Both the position numbers and the translations under genes were made by a program. Source: a bacterium (GTDB taxonomy: Bacteria; DRYD01). Taken from it: DNA of 64,000 nt. Positions 44,135-57,947 of this stretch are shown one piece after another; the stretch's first letter is position 1; every line of letters begins with the position of its first letter. The stretch spans positions 90,873 to 154,872 of the forward strand of contig JAUQQQ010000001.1 of NCBI GenBank assembly GCA_030549815.1, in the 5' to 3' direction. The notes beneath the pieces were generated by a model. That model saw only the letters and a program-made list of their open reading frames with translations. It searched no databases and was not told where the DNA came from.

Positions 44135-46392
44135 CTAAAAACTCCAGTTTAATCCCAGAAAAATACTCTTTTTATAGCCAGGATACCTTGTCATAGGACG
44201 AGATAAATCTAAACTAAGTGGACAATCATATTTTGTATTAAATAAGTTATTAACGTAAAGAGTAAAATATTTATTTTGGTCGATATAATAACGTAAGGTT
44301 AAATTTGCGAGCCAATATGATTTTATTTTTTTCTCTGGTTCTGGAAAAACACCTTGACTTACCAACCAAGCCCAACCATCACTATTTATTAACCTCCTGT
44401 AATCATCAACTAAAACATCTGAAGTATATTTTAATTCAAAAGCAACAGATAAATTATTTGTAATATTTTGTCCATATTTTGCAAGTAGCAATAATTTAGG
44501 GGAATTTGGCAAGTATTCAAATATACCAGGAATTCCCTTAGTTACTCTAACGTTAGAATATGAAGCAGAAAATCTAATAAATTTTCTATGAGAAAACTGA
44601 TAAACATAATCTAAAAAAGCCCCTGTACTTTCTAAATTTCCATAACTTTTAAATACAAGCACACTTTCATCATAAGAAGCATCACCTGTAGTATCCGCTA
44701 AAGCACTATACTCATTTATTAGATTAGTTATCTTTGTAGAAAATACAGAAAAAGTAAAATAACTATTAACGTTTCTTTTTTTATATTCAGAATAGTATAT
44801 TAACTCCAGTGTTCTATGTCTTTCCGGAAATATTGATATGTCTTCGTTGGGTGCAAGATAATAACTCCACGTTCCATTTTCAATAACTTCATTGAAAAAT
44901 GGGAATCTTATATTTTGGGAATATATCAACTTTATAGCTTTATTATCCTTAATTTTCTTAATTATACCTATATTTGGAATAACTGCTGGTTTCGCATAGA
45001 TATTTTTTATTTGAAAAACATATCCTGTGCTAGTTACCTGGGAAAAGTTTTTATACATATTGGAATAATCATCATATCTTGCCCCTAAAGCTAAAATTAA
45101 ATCGTCCTTCAAATAATAATCCATATGAAAATACAAGGAAAAAAGGTTAAAGTATCTTTTCCCATTTACAAATTCAATTACAATATTCCTTTCTAAAGGG
45201 TTCAAATCTGAGTATAAAGATTCATAGGTATTAAATGAAAAACTCGATCTTTTCCATTCTAAACCCATCAACAATTCCCCTTTTTTAAATTTATAATAAA
45301 AATCATTTTCTACGGAAAAAATGTTATTTTTAAGCGAAGACACTGCCATACCCCAGTAACCAAGAATCATATTTGAAAAATTCGGTTCATAAACAGCTTC
45401 CTGATGTACACCATAAGAATAATAAGATAACTTTGTTATTATTTTTGAATTAGATGAAAGGTTAAACTTTCTTTCATAAAAAATAAACCTATTTCTATCA
45501 TTCCCAAACGAATAAGGGCTATTTATAAGATAAAAATACCCGCGGGATGGAAAATGATACCTCGATTGATAATCTATATATCCAAATTTTTCCGCTTCAT
45601 TATACAAGTAAAGAGCAAAATTAGAAGAGTAAGATCTATCAGAATAGTATAATCTATCATCTATTACAAAACCAAAATTAGGCAATGTAAAATCATTTAT
45701 GATTTTTTCTCAGGAAAGAAAATTTCTCTACCTTTGTAATTAACAAAATCCCACGACAAACTAAAATAATAATTACCAATTTTTTTATTAATCATGAATC
45801 CATTGTTGTTATTGATTTTATTATCATAGAAACTAAAATAACTATAGGTTTTGAAAACAGTATCCTTATAATAATCATCTTTATAGTACTTAAAGGATGG
45901 TATTAGATTTATTGTAGCAAGTAATGAATTGCTTCCAAAGTACACATTTGAATATCCATGGACTATCTCCAAAGCATGTACATAATTAGAAGGAATATTA
46001 ATAGGATATCCAGAGAAATAATTGTTTATTTGGTATCCATCAAATAAGAATAAAGATCTGGAGTTTATTGAGCCCGGTATTTGTATACCTCTATTTCCCA
46101 GGGACCAGTAAGTACCGTTATCTATAACATACAAACCTGGAGAAAAGTTTAGCAACGTTTTTAAATCAGGGTAATAAAAAAATCTTAGCTCCAAAGGCTG
46201 AACTAAAGATATAGTAGCAGCTGACTCTAATACACTCTTTGTGTATTTTGTAGAACTTTGAACAGTATTTATAAATTCTGTCTCCTCCATTATATATTCC
46301 TTATCATCTATCTCAGAAAAAGAGCTTTTTATACATATAAGAAAAAACGATAAAATAAAAATTAATGTTCTCAACTTTATAACCAACTTCAA
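44135..46392 (-). pseudogene. TonB-dependent receptor split by a single frameshift (ORFs 45697-46392 and 44135-45685)
   Basis: Plug motifs (SAATIS, NRGI, LFLFDG, LEIVHG..NVYFGSNSLLATINL) in the first ORF; barrel with LGARYDDY, YVNNLFN and terminal Phe in the second; the junction is an A6 run at 45703-45708. Confidence 0.8.
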
Positions 46393-46404
46393 TCCCTCCC
46401 AAAA

Positions 46405-47316
46405 TTATCTTTGATAATTCTTTTCAATGATAACAAACTTTTCTGGAAAAACATTTTCATACTTTATCTTCTTTAGTCCATAATTTTTAATAAAATCAAT
46501 AACTTCAAAAGCTAAATTCCCATAATCAAGAGCATAAACTATATCAACTCCATAGTTTAACAGAATTTTCTGAGTTGAAATTAACAATTTGTCTTTTCTT
46601 TTACAATAATAAATTAGTTTCAAAAGATTGTCTTCGTCAAGTACAAATACATCAGGTAGTAAAAATATAACATCAAATTTATCCAAAATTTCATCTATCT
46701 TATCCACATTGTAATTATTAACATTTATAGGATAAACGTTCAGTCCTTCTTTTTTACCAACATCCACCGCATACTTAACACTATACCCTCCTAAGTTGTA
46801 TATTATACCAACATTATTTTTATCAGGATATCTATTTTTTATGTCTCTAAACACTAATAGAAAATCTGGATAAGGGTAAAATACCACTACTCCTGAAGGT
46901 ACACCGATAACCTCGGGAGATAAAACCAAACACCATATATTTAAAGCTTTCCTATTAAAATTTTCCTTTGATAGATTAGCACCTTCACTCGCTATAGAAA
47001 TAACAACATCATATTTCATTAAATCATATTTTCTAATATCTTTAATACCAATAACATCACAATCATTTTTTCCGTAATAATTTACAAAATTGTCAACAAA
47101 AGATTTTACAACCTGATTTTCCTGCCCCATTAAAAGAGCGACCTTATATGTTTTTTGATCCCTAACTACAGACTGTGAAATATATATTTCATTTTTTGAA
47201 AATTCAAAAAGACTGCTAATAAAAGAATAGTAATCATCTTCATAATCATCTTCAGCAAAAACAGTAAAAGATAAAAAAAAGAATAATGTTAATAAAAAAA
47301 ATAAACTTCTATTCAT
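46405..47316 (-). CDS. ABC-type substrate-binding-like periplasmic protein
   Basis: Signal peptide; VGIIYN, DVIFLLPD, LLNYG..ALDYGNLA resemble the ABC_sub_bind family. Confidence 0.6.
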   Translation of the reverse strand: MNRSLFFLLTLFFFLSFTVFAEDDYEDDYYSFISSLFEFSKNEIYISQSVVRDQKTYKVALLMGQENQVVKSFVDNFVNYYGKNDCDVIGIKDIRKYDLMKYDVVISIASEGANLSKENFNRKALNIWCLVLSPEVIGVPSGVVVFYPYPDFLLVFRDIKNRYPDKNNVGIIYNLGGYSVKYAVDVGKKEGLNVYPINVNNYNVDKIDEILDKFDVIFLLPDVFVLDEDNLLKLIYYCKRKDKLLISTQKILLNYGVDIVYALDYGNLAFEVIDFIKNYGLKKIKYENVFPEKFVIIEKNYQR

Positions 47317-47335
47317 TTTTAGCCCCCTGTTTCAT

Positions 47336-47656
47336 TTATATATTATCTTCCAGAAATTTAATTAATTCTTTTTTAGATATAAAGCCAACAATATTATTAA
47401 CAACTTTTCCATTTTTGAAAAGTAGTAAGGTTGGTATTCCACTTATGTAATATCTTTGTGCTATTTCTATATTATCGTCGGTATTAATTTTGACGAATTT
47501 CACTTTTCCTTGATATTCTTTAGCAACTTCTTCGAAGATTGGTTCAAGCATTTTACAGGGCATACACCATGGAGCCCAAAAATCGACCAATACAGGAACA
47601 GGACTATTTAAAACTTCATTTTCAAAAGTATTCTGTCCTACATGAATTACAGCCAT
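47336..47656 (-). CDS. trxA: Thioredoxin
   Basis: VLVDFWAPWCMPCK, GIPTLLLFKNG. Confidence 0.95.
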   Translation of the reverse strand: MAVIHVGQNTFENEVLNSPVPVLVDFWAPWCMPCKMLEPIFEEVAKEYQGKVKFVKINTDDNIEIAQRYYISGIPTLLLFKNGKVVNNIVGFISKKELIKFLEDNI

Positions 47657-47748
47657 AAACTTCCCCCTATTACATTAAATATTTCAATTATTTTTTTCTA
47701 TAAAACCATTAACTACCCTTCTAATAGAAATGAACTTATTAAGGACCT

Positions 47749-48267
47749 CTATTTCTTTTTTTCAGCCATTTGCATAATTTTATCTTTAACAATATTATAT
47801 ATACCTCCTCCTATTGTGGCTCCTAATATTCCGCCTATAGGACCCCCTAACATAGCTCCAGCAGTTGTCAATAATGCAATATTAAAGAAATCTATAACAC
47901 CATGTTTTACTCCATCCAATCCCTTAAGAACTCCACCCAAACAAGCTACTTTCATTCTATTTTCTTTGTCAACGCCAACATCCTTAGCTGCAAGGTAACT
48001 ATTTATAGCTCCACTAAAAGCACCATATCCCATAACTAAAAATGGATAATAAATGCCCGACGCCAAGGTAAGAGTTCCTTTTAACATACCCTTTGCAAAA
48101 GAATCAAGAGTGCTTCTTTCATATCTATCCGCCTCAATACTTACTTCTTTTTTACCTTTCGGCCCTTTAATAAGCATGCTTTTCTCTTTTATCTCAACAA
48201 AATCATTTAAACCTTTTTTCTCTACAGATAATATTTCAAATTTTTGATTGATTTTATTAACTTCCAT
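47749..48267 (-). CDS. Hypothetical protein with glycine-zipper C-terminus
   Basis: GGAGGTG RBS; AGAMLGGPIGGILGATIGGG. Confidence 0.7.
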   Translation of the reverse strand: MEVNKINQKFEILSVEKKGLNDFVEIKEKSMLIKGPKGKKEVSIEADRYERSTLDSFAKGMLKGTLTLASGIYYPFLVMGYGAFSGAINSYLAAKDVGVDKENRMKVACLGGVLKGLDGVKHGVIDFFNIALLTTAGAMLGGPIGGILGATIGGGIYNIVKDKIMQMAEKKK

Positions 48268-48469
48268 CTAAAAGCACCTCCTTTTGTTTTAATCTCATCT
48301 TTGTTTGTAACCTTAAAAACAATAAAAATACAATAATAATTTAAAAAAAAAATGTTAAATTCAGCAATTATTTAATTATTATTCACAAAACAATAAAAAG
48401 ATTAAAAAATTTTGGAAAGGTAATTTTTGAAAATTATAAAAATAGAAAATGTAAAGGGAGGAAAAAAAT

Positions 48470-49921
48470 ATGGAAAACTATAGAGAAAAACATTTGGAAA
48501 GCTTAAAAAATCTTAATATTAATCCATTCGGATACCCTCTCAAAATTAGACCCAATACAAGCGTAGATCAACTAAAAAACAAATACAAAGATGTTTCGGA
48601 ATTACCTTCCGATAACTACATCGTAGGAGGAAGAGTATTAAATACAAGACACCACGGTAAAAGCATATTCGCAGACCTCTTAGGGCAAGAAGAAAAAATC
48701 CAAATATACCTGAAAAAAGACGAACTAAACGAAAAATTTGACATATTTAAAGATCTAATAGATAACGGTGACTGGATTATAGTAGAAGGATATTTATTTA
48801 GAACCAAAACAAATGAATTAACAATTCATGTAAAAAATTATCATTTCCTATCAAAGTGCTTATTAGAGCTTCCTGAAAAATGGCACGGATTAAAAAATCC
48901 AGAAATAAGATATAGACAAAGATACTTAGACCTATTCATTAATCCTCAAGTAAAACATAATTTTTTAGTAAGAAACAAGATAATAAAATTCATGAGATCA
49001 TTTTTAGATAATTTAGGGTTTATAGAAGTTGAAACCCCCATGTTAAACATAATACCCACGGGTGCATTGGCAAAACCATTTAAAACTTTTCATAACGCAT
49101 TAGGAGTTGAAATGTTTCTACGAATAGCACCAGAATTATACCTAAAAAGATTGATCGTGGGAAACTTTGAAAAAGTATATGAATTAGGAAAAGTCTTTAG
49201 AAATGAAGGAATATCAACAAGACATAATCCAGAATTTACAATCTTAGAACTATACAAAGCTTTCGCAGATTTATCTGATATGATAGATTTAACAGAAAAA
49301 ATGATATCCGAAATGGTAAAATCTTTATTCAATACCACAGTAATAGAATATCAAGGAAAAACTTTAGATTTCAATACCCCATTCAAAAGAATTTCTTTCC
49401 CAGAAGAACTATACAAAAAAGGAGTCGATATAGAAAAAATACGAAAAGATAAAGATTACTTGGAAAAAATTGCAAAAGAATTACATATAACAAATAAAGT
49501 TATTAGCCATGTTATAGATAAAGCTTTTGATGAATTAGTAAAACCAGAACTTATTAATCCTACTTTTGTTTTAGATTACCCTGTAGAGATTTCACCTTTA
49601 GCAATTTCTAAGTTCGACAACCCAATGTATGTTGAAAGGTTTGAATTATTCGTTGCCAATTTTGAAATTGCAAACGCGTTTAGTGAATTAAATGATCCAT
49701 TTGAACAAGAAAAAAGATTTTTACAACAAAGAGAATTGAAGGAAACAGGAGAAGAAGAAGCACACGAATATGATGAAGATTACATAAACGCTTTAAAATA
49801 CGGTTTACCTCCAACGGGAGGACTTGGCTTCGGAATTGACAGAATCGTTATGATCATGACAAACCAAAACTCAATAAGAGAAGTTATCCTCTTTCCAGCA
49901 ATGTTGCCAAAACATGAATAA
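48470..49921 (+). CDS. lysS: Lysyl-tRNA synthetase, class II
   Basis: RYRQRYLDL, GALAKPF, LRIAPELYLKRL, FRNEG..HNPEF, ERFELF, YGLPPTGGLGFGIDR. Confidence 0.97.
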   Translation: MENYREKHLESLKNLNINPFGYPLKIRPNTSVDQLKNKYKDVSELPSDNYIVGGRVLNTRHHGKSIFADLLGQEEKIQIYLKKDELNEKFDIFKDLIDNGDWIIVEGYLFRTKTNELTIHVKNYHFLSKCLLELPEKWHGLKNPEIRYRQRYLDLFINPQVKHNFLVRNKIIKFMRSFLDNLGFIEVETPMLNIIPTGALAKPFKTFHNALGVEMFLRIAPELYLKRLIVGNFEKVYELGKVFRNEGISTRHNPEFTILELYKAFADLSDMIDLTEKMISEMVKSLFNTTVIEYQGKTLDFNTPFKRISFPEELYKKGVDIEKIRKDKDYLEKIAKELHITNKVISHVIDKAFDELVKPELINPTFVLDYPVEISPLAISKFDNPMYVERFELFVANFEIANAFSELNDPFEQEKRFLQQRELKETGEEEAHEYDEDYINALKYGLPPTGGLGFGIDRIVMIMTNQNSIREVILFPAMLPKHE

Positions 49922-50775
49922 TGATAAAAGACTTACCTAAATTTATCTTCAGAATAATAACCAGTTTATTATTAGGGAGCCTATTCATTTATTCAGTTAT
50001 CGGAAACAAATATCTCTTTTATTTATTAGTTATAAGTTTCCAAGTAATTTCTGTGATTGAATTAAGGAGGATATTTCCAAATATAATTGATTCAATCCTG
50101 TGGATTTCTTTAACTTTGTGGATAGATGGAATAGTTTTGATTTATCTTTATAAATATGAGTTAATATCCAATCTTTCGTACTTTAATTATTCAATAGCAT
50201 TTCCATTTATTTTAAGCATCATCATTGTAATGCTCATTATGATAATAAAAAACATAATGAATAGTAAAGAATTTAATAACGAGATAGTTTTAGACAAGAT
50301 AGTTAAAGAGTTTTTTTTATTCTTTTACTTTATAGGGGCACTAACTTTGTCTTTCATTTTGTTTGAAATTAAGAACGGTTTATTATTATTGCTGATAGTT
50401 GTTACAAATTATTCGCATGATATTTTTGCCTATTTTGTTGGTAAAACAGTAGGAAGAACTCCGTTTTTTAATAACATAAGTCCCTCTAAAACTTTTGAAG
50501 GATATTTGGGGGGAGTTTTATTTAGTATTATAATTGGTGTAATTTTAGCTGATAAACTTGATTTATTTACACTGGGTCAATACAAGATATTAGCAATAAT
50601 AATTACGATAGCTTTCCTGTGTGCATTTGGTGATCTTTTTGAATCTTTAATTAAAAGAGTTACAAATATAAAAGAGTCTGGAAAAATAATTTTAGGACAC
50701 GGCGGTGTTTTAGATAGAATAGATAGCTTAGTTTTTTCTATCTTTTTATCAACCACTATTTATTTTTTAATCTAA
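49921..50775 (+). CDS. cdsA: Phosphatidate cytidylyltransferase
   Basis: DIFAYFVGK, ISPSKTFEG, GDLFESLIKR, GHGGVLDRIDS. Confidence 0.95.
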   Translation: MIKDLPKFIFRIITSLLLGSLFIYSVIGNKYLFYLLVISFQVISVIELRRIFPNIIDSILWISLTLWIDGIVLIYLYKYELISNLSYFNYSIAFPFILSIIIVMLIMIIKNIMNSKEFNNEIVLDKIVKEFFLFFYFIGALTLSFILFEIKNGLLLLLIVVTNYSHDIFAYFVGKTVGRTPFFNNISPSKTFEGYLGGVLFSIIIGVILADKLDLFTLGQYKILAIIITIAFLCAFGDLFESLIKRVTNIKESGKIILGHGGVLDRIDSLVFSIFLSTTIYFLI

Positions 50776-51151
50776 TAAAATGAATTTTCATTAAAATTGA
50801 TTGAATGGCTTTTTATTTCATAACAAGAAATGCTTGCTTTCATTGTATTTTTCACAAACCTTACTTTCAAACATTTCCACCAGCAAGTTTGCCAAACTGT
50901 AATTAAACAAATTTAAACACTCATTTACAATTTCCCTAACTAAAACCTCATTTTCAATTCCAATTCCTCGCTTTTTGTCTATTATCCTTTTACGAAGCTT
51001 TTGTTATTTTGTACTCTTATTTTTTAAACTTCTAAAAAAGATAAAAGGGTTTTGAGATTCTATGTATAATAATATAATAGATAAGATAAAAATTTCAACA
51101 CGAATTAATTTTAGATGAACTTAATTCTAACAAAGGAAGGGGCAAGTTGTT

Positions 51152-53939
<2,788 letters not shown>

Positions 53940-53943
53940 ATTT

Positions 53944-54996
53944 ATGGAAATTAATTGCAAAGTATTGAACAAAACAGAATACATAATATTAAGGTCTCTA
54001 TCTGCTTCCTCTAAAACATACTGGGATCTGTTATTAGAATCTTTTGATACAGCAGCAAATACAATAGCTGCTATAAAAAAGTTGCTACAGGAAAATGTTA
54101 TCAATTACGACGGTAAATATTTTAATCTAACAGAAGAAGGTAAAAAAATACTAAAATCAGTCCTGAAAAAAGAATATGTAGATGTTAGATGTAAAGAATG
54201 TGGAGGAAAAGGTATAAATTCAAATGCTTTTCAAGATTTAGCTAATCAATTTAAAGAAGTAATAAAAGACAGACCCGCAGCTATACCTGAATTCGATCAA
54301 GGAGTAGTTAATCTTGAAACAGTAATTAACAGGATCGCTTTTATGTATAATAAAGGTGATTTGGAAAATAAAGACATAGTCTTAATAGGAGATGACGATT
54401 TAACTTCTATAGCTTTATCTTTAAGCAACTTACCTAATAAAGTTGTAGTTCTTGAAGCAGACGAAAGATTAGTAAATTACATAAATCAAAAAGCAAGAGA
54501 TCTAAATCTGAAAAACCTCGAAGCAATAGTTTATAATGTTGAATGGAAAGTTGAAAAAGATCTTCTTAATTCATTTGATGTATTTTTAACAGACCCTGTC
54601 GAAACTGTCCAAGGAATAACACTATTCATTTCAAGGGGATGTTCAATGCTAAAAGAAAAAGGTGTCCTTTATTTCGGTCTAACACACATAGAAGCATCTT
54701 ATAGCAAATGGTATAAAATACATAGAAACTTGTATGAAATGGGATTTGTTATTACGGATATACTCGATAAATTCCAATTATATGAACTAAACCCTGATGA
54801 TATAGTTTCAAAAGGATATAGAGTATTTACAGAAGCAGGAGTTAAGTTATCTAAACCAGAAAAACCCTGGTATAACTCGGCATTCCATAGGTTAGAATTA
54901 GTTGAAAAAGCAAAACCCTTGTTTGACCCAAATCAAACATATAAATTGGAAAGGGATTTATATTATGATGAAGAAGCATATGTTACTCTCTACTAA
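53944..54996 (+). CDS. bpsA: Branched-chain polyamine synthase (N4-bis(aminopropyl)spermidine synthase)
   Basis: N-terminal winged helix, CKEC, RP..EFDQG, GDDDLTSIAL, FDVFLTDPVET, LFISRG. Confidence 0.85.
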   Translation: MEINCKVLNKTEYIILRSLSASSKTYWDLLLESFDTAANTIAAIKKLLQENVINYDGKYFNLTEEGKKILKSVLKKEYVDVRCKECGGKGINSNAFQDLANQFKEVIKDRPAAIPEFDQGVVNLETVINRIAFMYNKGDLENKDIVLIGDDDLTSIALSLSNLPNKVVVLEADERLVNYINQKARDLNLKNLEAIVYNVEWKVEKDLLNSFDVFLTDPVETVQGITLFISRGCSMLKEKGVLYFGLTHIEASYSKWYKIHRNLYEMGFVITDILDKFQLYELNPDDIVSKGYRVFTEAGVKLSKPEKPWYNSAFHRLELVEKAKPLFDPNQTYKLERDLYYDEEAYVTLY

Positions 54997-55702
54997 CGTT
55001 ATTTTATTAAAAAGAGAAAGTTTTAGCGGTATACTGAATATGAAAATAGATGAATATCTTTTTAACAATTTTGAAAGATTAGTTTCCGAAAATAGTGTAA
55101 TAGTTAGATTTTATCAGTTCTCTAATCATACTGTGACACTCGGATATTCTCAGAAAAGCGTAAGCGAAGAAATATTGAAAATTTTTGATAAATGGTTTTT
55201 CATTAGAAGGATAACAGGAGGAAAAGCAGTTTTCCATTATCCTAAAAGAGACCTAACCCTTTGCCTAATTTCATCATTAAAAAATTTCATTAATTTACCA
55301 AAAGAAAACAAATTATCGTTTATCCATTCGTTTATTAACAATCTGTTGTGGAGTTCTATAGAATTTGAAAATATAAAGGATAAAAATATAAAAACAGAAA
55401 AATCTGAAAAAATAAATTATGTTGCTATAAAGAAATTCGATTGTTTTGAAAACCCTCAAAACTTTGAAAAAACCTATAATGGTAAAAAAGTAATAGGTAC
55501 AGCAATAAAAATATCGAATAACAAGTTTATTGTTCAAGCTAATATAAAACTACAAAATATTTTCGAAGAAATAGATAATAAACTAATAGATAAAATAGAA
55601 AGTAATTTTGTAAAAAAATTATGTAAGAATTACCGTAATGAAAACATTATAGATTTTATCAAAAATTCAAAAGGTTCAACTCATTTTTCTGTTTCCTACT
55701 AA
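54980..55702 (+). CDS. Lipoate-protein ligase/octanoyltransferase-like protein
   Basis: NMKIDE, RFY, TLGYSQ, RRITGGKAVFH, CF, GKKVIGTA. Start moved to ATG 54980. Confidence 0.75.
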   Translation: MLLSTNVILLKRESFSGILNMKIDEYLFNNFERLVSENSVIVRFYQFSNHTVTLGYSQKSVSEEILKIFDKWFFIRRITGGKAVFHYPKRDLTLCLISSLKNFINLPKENKLSFIHSFINNLLWSSIEFENIKDKNIKTEKSEKINYVAIKKFDCFENPQNFEKTYNGKKVIGTAIKISNNKFIVQANIKLQNIFEEIDNKLIDKIESNFVKKLCKNYRNENIIDFIKNSKGSTHFSVSY

Positions 55703-55729
55703 ACATATTTTTTCTTATGAAGGTAGTTT

Positions 55730-56584
55730 ATGGATATTGAGCAAGTAGCGGTCTTTTATAATTCGATAAACGTTGATATCATCACTGTAAAGAATTTTTA
55801 TACCAAGCTGAAAAAAATTTGTAAATGCTTAAAACCTGTGGATATTACAAATAGAAGAGAAGTTTCTTTATTTTTAGAAGCAATGAAAAAAATGAAAAAC
55901 ATAAAAAATATTTTCTTGATTAATTTAGGGGGAGATGGTAGCCTTTTCTCTTCATTATCAATATTAGCAAAAACATTAGAAACTCAAAAAATACACACCA
56001 TTTCTTTCAATTTTGGTAATAAAGGTTTTTATTGTTTTTATCCCAAAAATTTATTGTTCGATTTTTTAGAAGATAAAATCAATATAATGGATATAATAAA
56101 GAATGATTATGAAGAAGAAAATTTTGTTGAGGGGTATTTTTGGTTAGCCAATGAAGAACCTTTTATAGGTGATGTTGTTATTAAGCCATACAACCAATAC
56201 AAAACAATAAGGTTAAGTTATAGAATAGAGGATAAAGAAATAGAGGAAATTTGCGATGGGATAATTGTTTTTACCACTTTTGGAGCAACAGGATATTTTC
56301 TTTCTTTGAATGGAGTATATATAGATAATGGTTTTAAGGATTTAATAGGTTTATCATTTATAGCTCCACACTCTTTAAAACATCGCCCGCACTTGTTAAA
56401 AAATAAAAAAATATCTATTACTAATAAAGACAAGAAAACTGCAATTGTAATAAACGATGGACAAGATAAGTTCCTATTAGAATCAAACAAAACAATAGAA
56501 ATATCAAGATCCGATAAAGAATTCATCCTGATAGGACAAAAAAATACATTCAAAAGATGGGTAGAGATATTTTATGACAAATAA
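55730..56584 (+). CDS. nadK: NAD kinase, divergent
   Basis: LGGDGS, NFGNKGF, CDGIIVFT..GATGY.LS, APHSL, DGQ. Confidence 0.8.
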   Translation: MDIEQVAVFYNSINVDIITVKNFYTKLKKICKCLKPVDITNRREVSLFLEAMKKMKNIKNIFLINLGGDGSLFSSLSILAKTLETQKIHTISFNFGNKGFYCFYPKNLLFDFLEDKINIMDIIKNDYEEENFVEGYFWLANEEPFIGDVVIKPYNQYKTIRLSYRIEDKEIEEICDGIIVFTTFGATGYFLSLNGVYIDNGFKDLIGLSFIAPHSLKHRPHLLKNKKISITNKDKKTAIVINDGQDKFLLESNKTIEISRSDKEFILIGQKNTFKRWVEIFYDK

Positions 56585-57947
56585 AAACATAAAAAAAATC
56601 GATGATTTAGCTGAATTAAAAGCAATCCCACTAAATACAATAGTTCCTTTCGATCAAGTTATACAAAACAACACCCTTATCCTTAATTATTCCTCACCTA
56701 ACATAAGACTACTATTCAATTTTATCAACCACTTTGCTTTACAAAAAAATAAACAAAACGAAAGTATAAAAATCATTTGCATAATTCCCCATAAAATAAA
56801 ACATTATGAAGAGTATTTAATATACAACTTGCCATTTCCCATATATCAAATAACAGACTTCTTTAATTTTAACATAAATGAAAACACCGTTTTAACAAAT
56901 GAAAATAATTCGTTAGAAATAATCAATCCTTTTGCTAAATATGATGTAGCTTACATATACAAAAATGAAAATACAATAGACTACTGCATACAGAATGAAA
57001 TCACTCCCCAAGATATAAAAGATATAAGTATTAACTTAACAAACACATTAAATTTTATACCTCATAATTTACACTATTCAACAAAAGATTTTATAGTAAG
57101 TGATTTTAGGAAAGGTAGTTTATTAACCGTTTTAAAGAACGATTCCTTACAATCAAGAATATATCTATATTTACTTGAGATAAACAAAGCTCACAAAATT
57201 CTGGAAATTAAGGATAAAAACTTAATAAAATCGATCGATACAATAATTGTCGATCACAATAAAATAATTCTATCTTTACTATTACCCGACAATAATATCG
57301 TATTTAAAGAATACAATTTCAATAATGATTCTATAGATACAGTCCTTGAATTAGATTTAGAATCGAGTTTCGAAAAATTAAAAAACCTTGACCTAAAAAA
57401 AATAAGAATAGATAGTTCAAATATCGTCGTTTGGGATCACAATACAATACATATTCTAAAACATTTTAATCTAAAGAATATTGAATACTACAATAGTAGT
57501 GGTCAAAAAACCAAACAAACACCAAAACCAACAGATGGAGTATGGAAACAAACAATATGGGGAAACATAAATAATATTCATATAAAAAACAATCTTCTTT
57601 TTGTTGCGGATACAGAATATTCAATGATAAGAATTTTAAACCTTTTAACTGGTCAAAGTCAATCTATGTCATTTACTGGTTTTGAAAAAGAATATGAAAA
57701 ATTGAAAGGCAAAATTTCTTCCGTCTTTAATCACGAAAATAAAATATTTCTAATAGATCTGGATTTCAAAAAAATAAGGTTGGTAACCATTCCTGAATAT
57801 AATGTAAAGACAATATTTTTTGATGAAGATATCAACCTGTATTCCCAAGTATATTATTTACCTTCTATAAATTCTTGCATTTATAATACATTGAAAAAAA
57901 TAGTATTACTTGATCTGTATAGAATGGAAATAAGGGAGGTGGAGTGA
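56574..57947 (+). CDS. Hypothetical protein with NHL-like repeat
   Basis: LFVADTEYSMIRILNL and other beta-propeller-like segments. Confidence 0.55.
   Translation: MTNKNIKKIDDLAELKAIPLNTIVPFDQVIQNNTLILNYSSPNIRLLFNFINHFALQKNKQNESIKIICIIPHKIKHYEEYLIYNLPFPIYQITDFFNFNINENTVLTNENNSLEIINPFAKYDVAYIYKNENTIDYCIQNEITPQDIKDISINLTNTLNFIPHNLHYSTKDFIVSDFRKGSLLTVLKNDSLQSRIYLYLLEINKAHKILEIKDKNLIKSIDTIIVDHNKIILSLLLPDNNIVFKEYNFNNDSIDTVLELDLESSFEKLKNLDLKKIRIDSSNIVVWDHNTIHILKHFNLKNIEYYNSSGQKTKQTPKPTDGVWKQTIWGNINNIHIKNNLLFVADTEYSMIRILNLLTGQSQSMSFTGFEKEYEKLKGKISSVFNHENKIFLIDLDFKKIRLVTIPEYNVKTIFFDEDINLYSQVYYLPSINSCIYNTLKKIVLLDLYRMEIREVE

Noticed and set aside
47336..47656. Thioredoxin active site WCMPC instead of WCGPC
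   Set aside because: Within normal CxxC variation.
50818..51003. 61-codon stop-free frame on the minus strand (QKLRKRII...KHFLL) upstream of OFOR
   Set aside because: No start codon at its beginning and no recognisable family; at most a gene remnant.
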